Source of the DNA: a virus
Taxonomy: Duplodnaviria > Caudoviricetes
Virus record (IMG/VR): IMGVR_UViG_3300017913_002066
Coordinates: 1 to 51,932 of that record
Direction: 5' to 3' (one strand)
Length of the DNA: 51,932 bases
The notes under the pieces are model-generated. The model had not been told where the DNA came from and made no database searches. It was given only the letters and a program-made list of their open reading frames with translations. Position numbers and translations under genes: made by a program. Shown piece after piece: positions 24,546 to 33,557 of this stretch. Position 1 is the first letter of the stretch, and the number at the start of each line of letters is the position of its first letter.

Positions 24546-25348
24546 TATACAAACTCCTCTAAAACAGCAGGTGTAATAAATTCATCTTCTATATAATGCA
24601 ATATGCCTGTTTGTTTGTATGTGCCAATATATACACCATCATCTACAAACACATCAAGTATATCTGTCCATTTTTCAGGTGCATTAGCCCAATGCTGTGC
24701 ATGTGGTTTCATATGTGTAAAATGTATAGGTAAATCTAATCTCGGCAAGTCTAATAGCTTGTATGCTAATGCGCAATTTACATCAAAACTTTCCCATTTT
24801 TGTCTATGCTTTGGCACAAACTTCCTATAAAATATTTCCCAGTCTTTTGAAATAACCTCTACCAAATTAAAAAACTTGTGTGCATTTGCGTTCTTTTTAA
24901 AATAGTATAATCCACTGTATAAATCAGGCAAATCATTGTTTGTAAAAGTCTTGCGATAGTAGTCTGTATTAACTCTATCGCCTCTATATGTAAATGTTCT
25001 AGTAGTGAATGCAATATCGTGATGACCGCAGATATCCCACCAATGCTCTATATTATCTAAAACAAGCATATCTGCGTCCATAACAAATGTTTCTTCATAA
25101 GGTGTAATATGATACACCTTCCATCTGTTCTCTATTTTCCAATCACTACTATGTGCAAGATTACCCCACGGTATTTCTATTACTTGATCAAATACATGCA
25201 TGTATTCCTTGGGCACATCGTCATCTGTGATAATACTAACACGTTGATTGCTGTTATTTTTGTGTATGCTTGCGGCTAATAAGTATGCCTGGCGCACATA
25301 GTCTGTGTCTTTGTTATTTTCAGCTAGTATGCAAAAGCCTTTACTCAT
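24545..25348 (-). CDS. GT8-like / nucleotide-diphospho-sugar transferase
   Basis: YVRQAYLLAASI...FDQVI...TPYEETFVMDADML (DxD)...YSGLYYFKK...FTHMK. Confidence 0.78.
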   Translation of the reverse strand: MSKGFCILAENNKDTDYVRQAYLLAASIHKNNSNQRVSIITDDDVPKEYMHVFDQVIEIPWGNLAHSSDWKIENRWKVYHITPYEETFVMDADMLVLDNIEHWWDICGHHDIAFTTRTFTYRGDRVNTDYYRKTFTNNDLPDLYSGLYYFKKNANAHKFFNLVEVISKDWEIFYRKFVPKHRQKWESFDVNCALAYKLLDLPRLDLPIHFTHMKPHAQHWANAPEKWTDILDVFVDDGVYIGTYKQTGILHYIEDEFITPAVLEEFV

Positions 25349-26183
25349 ACTCAAGCTCCTTGTCTATGTGCCTGTTCAAACTAAACTTATTCATTACATG
25401 AACATCTGCATTAGTTATATTACAAACCATTTCATTTGAGTCTTTGTTAAGTAAAAGTTGCACTTGTTCGTCTTTGATATCAATTAATGTATCTTTATCG
25501 TTGCACATCCATAATGTGTGAGGCATTTTATGTACAAGTGTAGGTTTATTATCACTCATTATATGTATAGCAATACTAAATGCATAATCATTCCTATACA
25601 AAGGACTGGAAATATTATAAAGAAGTCTATAATACTGCCAATTTTCTTTTACATATTGAATTGTATCAAATAATGTCTTTACTTTTTCAGTCTTTTTGAA
25701 ATAAAATGCTGTTGCCCAATACATCGGTACTGTAATGTCACTTACACGTAACTCAGGAGTATTATCTCTACCAGTATGTAAATCTACAGCATACCTACTT
25801 ATTAAAAAATCATTTTTTGATTCAAAACATTGTGCAAGGCTATCGTTGCAAATAACAAGATCTGTATCAATAACTATTGTTTCATCATAAGGAGATATTG
25901 TAAAAGCATCTGCCCTAGTGTAGTTGTCCCAAGGCAAAGACTTAAACTGATCTCCGTCATGATATTTTCTAACTTGCTTGTTAGTATTACTTCTAATGTG
26001 TATTACATTGTCAATATATTTTGTGTAGAACGGATATTCATCCTTTAAATAGTCACTGTTAGGTGTTGCTATAGTTACATCTACACCTATATACTTTTTG
26101 ATACGTTTTGCACAGTATATTGCTTGCTTGATATAATCAATTTCTTTATTATTGGATGCAAATAGAAGTACGCCTTTGCTCAT
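25341..26183 (-). CDS. GT8-like / nucleotide-diphospho-sugar transferase (paralog of the adjacent gene)
   Basis: KGVLLFASNN..DYIKQA...SPYDETIVIDTDL (DxD)...YWATAFYFKK...YRNDYAFSIA...HVMNK. Confidence 0.78.
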   Translation of the reverse strand: MSKGVLLFASNNKEIDYIKQAIYCAKRIKKYIGVDVTIATPNSDYLKDEYPFYTKYIDNVIHIRSNTNKQVRKYHDGDQFKSLPWDNYTRADAFTISPYDETIVIDTDLVICNDSLAQCFESKNDFLISRYAVDLHTGRDNTPELRVSDITVPMYWATAFYFKKTEKVKTLFDTIQYVKENWQYYRLLYNISSPLYRNDYAFSIAIHIMSDNKPTLVHKMPHTLWMCNDKDTLIDIKDEQVQLLLNKDSNEMVCNITNADVHVMNKFSLNRHIDKELEYE

Positions 26184-26524
26184 AGATCAACGAGTCCTTG
26201 TGTTGATCTAGCTTTTTTCAGTTCATTGTATTTTTGTATATACAAATTTGTGCTTTGCACATAGATATCAACAATCTCTGTGTAAAAATCTTCATTGTTT
26301 TCAATTTGTATAGGTGTAGAATTAACATCTAACAAAATAAGATTGTTAATTTTATCCTTTACGTTATGTACAAAATTAATTAGTTCCGGTGTAACAGCAA
26401 ATGCGCCACCGTTATAGTAATAGTAACTATGTTCAAGATACTGTTCGTGCAGTAGCTTTTTTTGATTCTCTAGTGTTGAGGAATATTTTGCAAATTCTAA
26501 GGCTTTTTCTAGTCGCGGGTCCAT
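26180..26524 (-). CDS. hypothetical phage protein (114 aa)
   Basis: SD GGAG then ATG 26524 (MDPRLEKALEF); first gene after a sigma70-type promoter. Confidence 0.75.
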   Translation of the reverse strand: MDPRLEKALEFAKYSSTLENQKKLLHEQYLEHSYYYYNGGAFAVTPELINFVHNVKDKINNLILLDVNSTPIQIENNEDFYTEIVDIYVQSTNLYIQKYNELKKARSTQGLVDL

Positions 26525-26544
26525 ACATATCTCCAAGTATGTGT

Positions 26545-26573
26545 AGTATATACTCAAAAGAGATAGTAGTCAA
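26545..26573 (-). promoter_or_regulatory. sigma70-type (early) promoter
   Basis: TTGACT, 17 nt spacer, TATACT on the minus strand, intergenic. Confidence 0.75.
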
Positions 26574-26576
26574 GTA

Positions 26577-27416
26577 TTAAAGTGATGCGTTGTTTGTAAA
26601 TGTCGGTGCAGGTACAGATACGTTTGAGCCTGTTGCTCTTAGAATTGTTACATTGCTTTGCAACAAACCAGGTACGTTTTCATCTGGATTACCGCCCTTG
26701 TCATCTTGGAATCGTATTCTAATGCGTATTCCAGCTGAACCTTCTAATCTTGCATGGACAAAATAATCGTTAGCCGCATAAACGCCTGATCCTTGCTTAC
26801 GGAAAATTTGCTGATAGGAAGTTGTTAAATCATTATAGCCTATGTTAGCAGCTGTACCTGTACCAGTACGTGTCGTAGTATCATAATTCATTTTGATTAC
26901 GCCCATGTTACTAAGCATGTCGCGCCAATCATTGTAAATTGCGCCGCTTGATCCAGATAGTTCTGCATCTGTACGTATTTCGCCGCCAGTGTTAAAGAAC
27001 TGTGTTCTTGCTGTGCCGCTTGCAAATGTTACAGTTACATCATGTGTGATAGTACCGTTCCATCCGCCACTATTACTAGCACTAGCGCCGCCTTCTGTTG
27101 TAAATTGTCCGGAAGCAATCAAGTACTTGTTAGTTTCAACACTTGTCATAGTAGTAGCATAGTCGTTTAGATGAGACGCTAATATAGTATCACCTACTCC
27201 AACGTTTGTTAATCCTGCTGCAACACCCTGCTGGTGTGTATAAGCACGTTCTATGTCATCTCTAAGATTATCTAGTTGAGTAGCAGTAACGGTGTCATTT
27301 ACATTAACTTGCGCACTTGCAATAGACTGTCCATAGTCTGTGACCATAATAGTGTTGGCTCTACTTTGAAGTGTGTTATAATCGTTTGCTGTAATAGTTG
27401 CGCCAATGCTCGGCAT
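26577..27416 (-). CDS. virion structural protein (tail/baseplate-associated, 279 aa)
   Basis: T/G/S/A-rich, FFNTGGEIR motif, strong SD AGGAG, late promoter, last gene of the tail module. Confidence 0.7.
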   Translation of the reverse strand: MPSIGATITANDYNTLQSRANTIMVTDYGQSIASAQVNVNDTVTATQLDNLRDDIERAYTHQQGVAAGLTNVGVGDTILASHLNDYATTMTSVETNKYLIASGQFTTEGGASASNSGGWNGTITHDVTVTFASGTARTQFFNTGGEIRTDAELSGSSGAIYNDWRDMLSNMGVIKMNYDTTTRTGTGTAANIGYNDLTTSYQQIFRKQGSGVYAANDYFVHARLEGSAGIRIRIRFQDDKGGNPDENVPGLLQSNVTILRATGSNVSVPAPTFTNNASL

Positions 27417-27443
27417 ACCGTTATCTCCTATAAACTACGCATA

Positions 27444-27451
27444 TATTTATA
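27444..27451 (-). promoter_or_regulatory. putative late promoter TATAAATA
   Basis: Exact TATAAATA overlapping the TAA of the upstream fibre gene. Confidence 0.7.
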
Positions 27452-28943
27452 CTTTTAGCATGACCTCGACAAGTTTTTCATCGTCGTTATCATTTGACTC
27501 TAGTGCCACGCCAACCATTGCTGTAGTTTGTATAGTTGAACATACGCCATCTTCCCAAGCATATACAGCTTGCCCTTTTTGTACAACACCTTTTACTCTT
27601 ACAGGAACACGACCTTTTAGTGCAATATACTGACCTGGTGCTTCTGCGTTCATCTTAAATGCAGGATCTGTGCTAACAACGCCCATACAAATGTCACTTG
27701 CTCTTGCAGGCTCCATTTCATGTCCATCGTGTGCGCATACTGTTACTGCTGTACCAGGTGCAAGTTCTTCTGCTGTTGTGTATTTCTCTGCCAAGTCAGC
27801 GTATTTTGCGCTTGTTGAAATACCATTAAATTGTACTGCACTAATATGTCCGCTACCGTCTCTAACTGCTACAGTATTTGCTGTGCTTGCTGTGCTTGCA
27901 CTGCGATAGTTTGCACCTACTGCTAGTGTAGATGCTTTACTTGCAATACCTGTAAAGTTTGTCGCATACACATTTGAGAACTGAGCATCCGTTGCACCAA
28001 GTGTTACTGTTTGAATACTTGTGCCGTCTGACTGTAATCCTGGTAATAGTGCCAATGTAGCGTCTGCTTGAACACGTAGAATGTTTTCTGTTGTGCCGTT
28101 ACTTGGTTTTGCTCCAAACTTAATTGTTTTACCAATGTCGTTGTTCATTACTCCAACATTGTCATCTTCAATTTTAACCTTAAGATCGTTTGAATCACCA
28201 ATAGCAATACCTACATCAGCAAAACTTGTTAGTGTGCTGAATGTTGCGCTTCCTGTTGTAACATAATCACCTGCAGGAATACCACCTAATTTTTCTGAGT
28301 TTGTTGCAGTACCATGGAATCTATGGTCTGTAGTTGTTACACCGCCTGCACTGTTTTGTGTATTTTTAAGTGTAACACCTTTTCTAATAATATCAAAGCC
28401 TGTGATAGCATTTTCAGCATCAGTTGAATCAATAGTAAATTCATTTGAGCTAATTGTAAATATTACTTCATCATTAATTGTTGCTTCAATGATTGATCTA
28501 CTTGTGCCTTGATCGTCACGTATAGATCTTGATTTCATCTGTGTGATACCTGAACCAGCGTCTTGTGGTCCAACTAGAATAAAGTCTGTTCCATTGTAGG
28601 CATATAGTTGTTCGTTTGATGTGTCCCACCAAAAATCGCCAGCTTTTAAGCCAGTTGGGGTTGTTGAACTGACTTCAGCGCCGCCTGTTGTACGCCATTT
28701 TGTACCATCATAAAATTTTAACTTAGAGTTGCCACTGTCAAACCACATTTGCCCTGAGATTGCTTTGGGCGGAGCATTTGCACCGCTAAAGTTTTCTAGT
28801 AGAAATACAAAGTTTTCGTTTTGTATTTCACCGTACCCTGCATAGTTTTTACCAACTAGCTTAAGGTCGGTGGTTTGGTCTAGTGTACCATCTTCAATAA
28901 CTACCAGTGTCGAGTTATTGTATCTATTAATTGTATATGCCAT
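27447..28943 (-). CDS. tail fibre protein with C-terminal intramolecular-chaperone (peptidase G2-like) autocleavage domain
   Basis: Shared fibre N-terminus (LVGKNYAGYGE...LLENFS...GQMWFD); C-terminal AKYADLAEKY...GVVSTDPAF.MN...IALKGRVPVRVKG...VGVALE. Confidence 0.8.
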   Translation of the reverse strand: MAYTINRYNNSTLVVIEDGTLDQTTDLKLVGKNYAGYGEIQNENFVFLLENFSGANAPPKAISGQMWFDSGNSKLKFYDGTKWRTTGGAEVSSTTPTGLKAGDFWWDTSNEQLYAYNGTDFILVGPQDAGSGITQMKSRSIRDDQGTSRSIIEATINDEVIFTISSNEFTIDSTDAENAITGFDIIRKGVTLKNTQNSAGGVTTTDHRFHGTATNSEKLGGIPAGDYVTTGSATFSTLTSFADVGIAIGDSNDLKVKIEDDNVGVMNNDIGKTIKFGAKPSNGTTENILRVQADATLALLPGLQSDGTSIQTVTLGATDAQFSNVYATNFTGIASKASTLAVGANYRSASTASTANTVAVRDGSGHISAVQFNGISTSAKYADLAEKYTTAEELAPGTAVTVCAHDGHEMEPARASDICMGVVSTDPAFKMNAEAPGQYIALKGRVPVRVKGVVQKGQAVYAWEDGVCSTIQTTAMVGVALESNDNDDEKLVEVMLKV

Positions 28944-28965
28944 TTGTTAAACCCCTAATACAATG

Positions 28966-28971
28966 TATTTA
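28966..28971 (-). promoter_or_regulatory. putative late promoter core (ATAAATA)
   Basis: Intergenic AATAAATACA, upstream of SD AGGGG and ATG 28943. Confidence 0.6.
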
Positions 28972-28976
28972 TTCAT

Positions 28977-30890
28977 TTATGGTGTATATGTTGTTGTGCT
29001 ATCATGTGTCCATGCTCCGCCAGATACACTAAACACCATTGTATATCTGTTCGGAGTAAGTGTAGCTGAACCGCTTGCTGTTGTAAAATTGACGTCTTGT
29101 ACAACACTTTGAGCATTTACTACGTTGTTTTTATCAACTGACACTGCTGTTTTTGTCATTGCAGCTTGAATATCAATACCACTAACTGTCGCTGAGCTAT
29201 AATCAACTGCGTGGATAATTGCTTTTGCGCCATTTGTTAAAGTTTTACTGCCTGCCGTGTACATAGAAGTAAGGATATCTATTACGTCATTCACAGGACC
29301 GTCGCCTGTGCCAGGATTATTAGGATCAGTTAAACCTGTAATGTCCAAGCTCATAATAATTGGCTCTATTTGACGTTGTTCATCTACATATCCCTTTGTA
29401 GTAGCATCAGTAGTTGCAGTCGGTGTTCCTAATCCTGTAATTTTCTGGCTGTTAATTGTTATTGCGCCGCCAGTTGTAATATTCATTGTTGTGCTACTTG
29501 TAATAGTGCTACCGTTTATGTTAATATTATCAACATCAAGACTTGTAAGGGTACCTATGCTTGTTAAACCGTTCGCAGTTGTTACAGTGTTATGCAGTTC
29601 TGTAGCAGATAGTTTCTTTGTACCGTTAATATAAATTGCAGGATCATGATATCCTGAGTCAATTAAATCTATACCTTGGTTGAATGACCAGTGTCCTGTA
29701 CTATTATTCCATAGTATGTCCTTAGAGCCTTCAGAACTGTTTAAGATTACACCTCCGCCATCAGCTGCTGCATTGTCTCCTACTGTGCTATCACTTGTAA
29801 GAGCAAGTTGGATGTTTTTACTTTCAACAACTAATGTGCTTGTATCAAGTGCAAGTGTTGTACCTGTAACTGTTAAGTTACCGCCAATTTCAAAATCACC
29901 ACTAACCTTACCACTACCTGTAATATCTAGCGAAGCTGTAGGGTTGTCATTAAAGAATCCTACACGTTCGTTTGCGCTATCAATGTACATAGCACTGTTT
30001 GTACTGTTACCAACACGCACTTTGAATTCGATATCTGAACCATTCTGCTGATTTTCAAAAGTTGTAGTTGTACCATCTACTTTTACTGTATGGTACTTAC
30101 TATCACCAACACCAACTGAAAGGCCGCCGCTGTTTTTAACAAACAAGCTACCAGTCATATCCTGGTTTCCTGTAGTTGCTACGAATTTTGTGTAATCGTA
30201 TTTTGTACCACTACCATCTACTAGTGCATCAGCTGTTTCAGCTGTACCATGATATTTGTAATTACTTCCTGTCGGATTAACTGGATTAAATCCTACTTTT
30301 ATAAGCTGGCGTGCCGGCGTTTGCGTATCGTCTGGATCTGTAGGATAGCCTTGGACTTCAAAATTTGCCCCAGGACGGAATTGTACAGCTGAATGGATAC
30401 CTCTTAGTGTTCCGCCAATAAACAGTTTAAGTATTGTACGTTCAACGTTACCATCGTCAATAACACTGTCTGCTTCGTATCCTGTTTTACCTTGCGATGC
30501 CGTATATGTCGGACCTGCTAAAACAAGATCAGTTCCATCATAAAAATGTAATTGGTTCTTAGAATCATCAATCCACAAGTCACCTGCTACCATGTTATTA
30601 GGTGTTTGATTGCTTACAATTGGGCCGCCTGCTACTTTCCAGTCAGTGCCGTTAAATATTTTTAACCTAGCTGTACTTGTATCATACCATAATTGCCCTT
30701 TAATAGGATTGTTAGGCGCACTTGAACTACTAAAATTTTCTAATAGTTTGATATAGTTTTCATTAATAAACTCACCGAAGCCTTTGTAGTTTCTACCTAC
30801 AAGTGTAAGGTCTGTGCTTGTAGTATCAATACTACCATCTACAAGCGAAACTAAAAGTGTGCCATCAGTTTTGTTTAGAATATAACTCAT
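28977..30890 (-). CDS. tail fibre / baseplate-associated fibre protein
   Basis: Same N-terminal domain (LVGRNYKGFGE...LLENFS...GQLWYD); LTSIGTLTSL and ITGLGTPTATTDATTKGYVD fibre motifs. Confidence 0.78.
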   Translation of the reverse strand: MSYILNKTDGTLLVSLVDGSIDTTSTDLTLVGRNYKGFGEFINENYIKLLENFSSSSAPNNPIKGQLWYDTSTARLKIFNGTDWKVAGGPIVSNQTPNNMVAGDLWIDDSKNQLHFYDGTDLVLAGPTYTASQGKTGYEADSVIDDGNVERTILKLFIGGTLRGIHSAVQFRPGANFEVQGYPTDPDDTQTPARQLIKVGFNPVNPTGSNYKYHGTAETADALVDGSGTKYDYTKFVATTGNQDMTGSLFVKNSGGLSVGVGDSKYHTVKVDGTTTTFENQQNGSDIEFKVRVGNSTNSAMYIDSANERVGFFNDNPTASLDITGSGKVSGDFEIGGNLTVTGTTLALDTSTLVVESKNIQLALTSDSTVGDNAAADGGGVILNSSEGSKDILWNNSTGHWSFNQGIDLIDSGYHDPAIYINGTKKLSATELHNTVTTANGLTSIGTLTSLDVDNININGSTITSSTTMNITTGGAITINSQKITGLGTPTATTDATTKGYVDEQRQIEPIIMSLDITGLTDPNNPGTGDGPVNDVIDILTSMYTAGSKTLTNGAKAIIHAVDYSSATVSGIDIQAAMTKTAVSVDKNNVVNAQSVVQDVNFTTASGSATLTPNRYTMVFSVSGGAWTHDSTTTYTP

Positions 30891-32917
30891 TATACTGCCC
30901 TACCTGTGTATATAATATATTTCATTGCCAAGTATGGGTTCATAATATTCAACGGATCGCCATCTCCACCGTCAAGTACTCCACCACTAGTTGGCAAACG
31001 CTGACTTGTCTGTGACGATGCAATATCAAATGTAGATCTGCTTGCACCATCTGGTACATCATCACCGCTATTAACTTCTCTAACTGCAAAGAACTGTTCG
31101 CCCGATGAAGCACGTAAATCGTGTTCGTGTTCAGGTAAGTTATCAATTAGGATTGTTTGGTCTTCACTTCCACCTACGCCACCTAGTGAATCAGCACTTG
31201 TAGCTGTAACTCTGTTTGCACTGTTTGAACCCATGTTGTCAAGACCTAGTGGGAATCTACCTCTAAGATCTGGAAGTGCAAACTTGCCTGCTTCTACTAA
31301 ACTTTCTGCTTTAAATGCATATCCTATAGCATCAAACAATGTTTGGTATTCTGCAATGACTATTTCGCTACCATCACAAAGTAACCAACCTACCGGTGTA
31401 GCGGCTCCTGCAAACGGAACAACAACACCTGGAGGATTAACAGCAACGGCTTTTAGCAAGTTACGTCTTGAAATCTTTTTAAGACCTGTTGCTCCGCTTG
31501 TTCTGTTAATTAGTATTTCATCATCAACTTGTGAATCTGTAACTGCTTCTTTGTTAGATACAATAGTGTTACTAATGCTTGTGTTAAATGTTTTTGTAGT
31601 GCCACCTACTTGACCATCAAATGTAAAGTCGTCTGCACTAACATCACCCGTTAATCTAAAGGTTGTAGCACTAGTCAATTTGTCAGCACTACCTGCTCTA
31701 CCAGAAACTGTACCGCTTACGTTACCAGTAAGGTTACCAATAAATGTTGTTGCATAGATTGTTTTATATTTGTTTGTGCTTGCACCAATATTTCTAGTAT
31801 TGTTATTGTCAGGCGAAATGTTTCTTGTTGTAAGTGTATTTTCTAAATTAGTTTCACCACCTACATACAAATTTTTAGCAACACCTATACCACCTTTAAT
31901 AATTGCACTACCTGTGCCTATTGTTGTTGACTGAGTTGTGTCATTAACTTTAAGCACACCGCTAGATTGTATATTTCCTGTTACATCTAATGCTTCTTCT
32001 GGTGCTTCGTTGTTGATGCCAACTTTAAGATCACTATCAACACGTATTACAGTTTTACTTAATCCGCTGTTTCTGACACGCATATCAATGTTCGAACCTG
32101 CAACTTGGTGTTGGATAATACCAGCATTACCTTCAATACCAATATTAAGTTCAGAATTAATACCGTAATTAATACCTGCGTTATTTTGAACATTTAGTCC
32201 ATTAAGTGTAGTACTCACTACATCACTACGCAGGAAGCTACCTGCACCTACTGCTACATTATTAATTAATAACGATTCTGCTTTTTCAGCAGTGCCGTAG
32301 AATTTAGCAACACCGTCGCCTTTAATATCTCTCGAAGATAAGTTTATACCTGGCTTAATAGTTGTAAAGCCTGGAATAACTGTTTTAGGTGTAAATTCGT
32401 CTGTTGCAATAATAGCCACTGCTTGTGCAGCAATTTCAATTTGTACAATATTATATGTGCTGTTGTCTGTACCTGTTACAGTTACAGGAATAGGACCAGT
32501 GTTTAGACCGTCACTAAATGTTGGACCTACTAGTACCCAACCAGAGCCTGTAAATAGATACAGTTGCTGATTGTCAGTGTCTGTCCATAGATCGCCAATC
32601 TGACTATTAGCTGCTTCTGGTTCTGTATTTGCACGTATAATACCGCCAACTGGAACCCAGTTAGGATTGTTATAAACTTTAAGTTGTTCTTTGCCCGGTG
32701 TGCTATCATACCATAACTGTCCTTCTAACGGACTTGCTGGCTGTGTTGCACTTGAAAAATTTTCTAATAAACGCACAAAGTTTGTGCCTATTGCTGTGCC
32801 GTAACCTGGATAATTCTTGCCAGGAATCTGTAGATCTGTTTGTGTATCTAGTGTATTATCTTCAATGGTAATAGCAGAATTATTTGCACTGTCTGTTCTT
32901 TGAATAGTATATGGCAT
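30890..32917 (-). CDS. short tail fibre with phage tail-collar domain
   Basis: PPGVVVPFAG...GWLLCDGS...LFDAIGYAF...FALPDLRGRFPLG...NLPEHEH...NPYLAMKYII; same N-terminal domain as the two downstream fibres. Confidence 0.88.
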   Translation of the reverse strand: MPYTIQRTDSANNSAITIEDNTLDTQTDLQIPGKNYPGYGTAIGTNFVRLLENFSSATQPASPLEGQLWYDSTPGKEQLKVYNNPNWVPVGGIIRANTEPEAANSQIGDLWTDTDNQQLYLFTGSGWVLVGPTFSDGLNTGPIPVTVTGTDNSTYNIVQIEIAAQAVAIIATDEFTPKTVIPGFTTIKPGINLSSRDIKGDGVAKFYGTAEKAESLLINNVAVGAGSFLRSDVVSTTLNGLNVQNNAGINYGINSELNIGIEGNAGIIQHQVAGSNIDMRVRNSGLSKTVIRVDSDLKVGINNEAPEEALDVTGNIQSSGVLKVNDTTQSTTIGTGSAIIKGGIGVAKNLYVGGETNLENTLTTRNISPDNNNTRNIGASTNKYKTIYATTFIGNLTGNVSGTVSGRAGSADKLTSATTFRLTGDVSADDFTFDGQVGGTTKTFNTSISNTIVSNKEAVTDSQVDDEILINRTSGATGLKKISRRNLLKAVAVNPPGVVVPFAGAATPVGWLLCDGSEIVIAEYQTLFDAIGYAFKAESLVEAGKFALPDLRGRFPLGLDNMGSNSANRVTATSADSLGGVGGSEDQTILIDNLPEHEHDLRASSGEQFFAVREVNSGDDVPDGASRSTFDIASSQTSQRLPTSGGVLDGGDGDPLNIMNPYLAMKYIIYTGRAV

Positions 32918-32920
32918 CTA

Positions 32921-33535
32921 TTACCCCTCGTTAAATCCTGTTAAACTTTGCACTCTAACAGTATAATCAATTTGAATAAGTCTATTCAAACTTTTTTGTA
33001 CTGGGTGGAATACAACGTGTGTAAGCAAACGTCCATTACCATCTTCTGCATATGCTTTTAGTCCTAGTTCGTCAAATACATAAAGAGCATCGTTATCTGT
33101 TGCAGTGTCAAATGCATCTTGACCGTTAGGCTCACCATAATCTAGCAAACAAGTTACAAGCACATCTGTGTAGTTTGTGCCGCTAACATGCCTTGTTTCA
33201 ATTTTATTACGTACAGGATCTGTATTAGCAACACTTCTATCATCAACAACTTTCTTAAAAGTTTGACTATATAGGCTTGCATTTGCGCCAGTGCTATTTG
33301 GAGTAAGGTATGTAATAATACCTGTAGGATCAACACTAGTTCCTCCGTTACCAAACGCCATTTCATGTATCCAACCTGCGCCGCCGTTACCTAAACTTTC
33401 TGCAAGCGATAAACTCATGTTTTCATAATGAATTGCATTGCGCTTATCTACAAGAACTTCTCCACTTTCAGGATTGTGGATCTTAATGTGTCCTTGGATA
33501 TGTACCCCTTGATGTTCGTTGATTTTATCTGTCAT
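32921..33535 (-). CDS. virion structural protein (baseplate/tail-fibre attachment candidate, 204 aa)
   Basis: Position in the tail module; EMAFGNGG and FDELGL...LLTHVVFHPVQKSLNR motifs recall the N-terminal domains of tail-fibre attachment proteins. Confidence 0.7.
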   Translation of the reverse strand: MTDKINEHQGVHIQGHIKIHNPESGEVLVDKRNAIHYENMSLSLAESLGNGGAGWIHEMAFGNGGTSVDPTGIITYLTPNSTGANASLYSQTFKKVVDDRSVANTDPVRNKIETRHVSGTNYTDVLVTCLLDYGEPNGQDAFDTATDNDALYVFDELGLKAYAEDGNGRLLTHVVFHPVQKSLNRLIQIDYTVRVQSLTGFNEG

Positions 33536-33551
33536 TTTGCTTTCCTATATG

Positions 33552-33557
33552 TATTTA
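33552..33557 (-). promoter_or_regulatory. putative late promoter core (GATAAATA)
   Basis: Overlaps the TAA of the giant gene; followed by SD AGGA and ATG 33535. Confidence 0.6.

Noticed and set aside
2775-26524. DNA hypermodification as the purpose of the island
   Set aside because: No TET/JBP-type oxygenase, hydroxymethylase, nucleotide kinase or aGPT-Pplase was recognised, and many genes have late-type promoters. Not excluded without nucleoside LC-MS.
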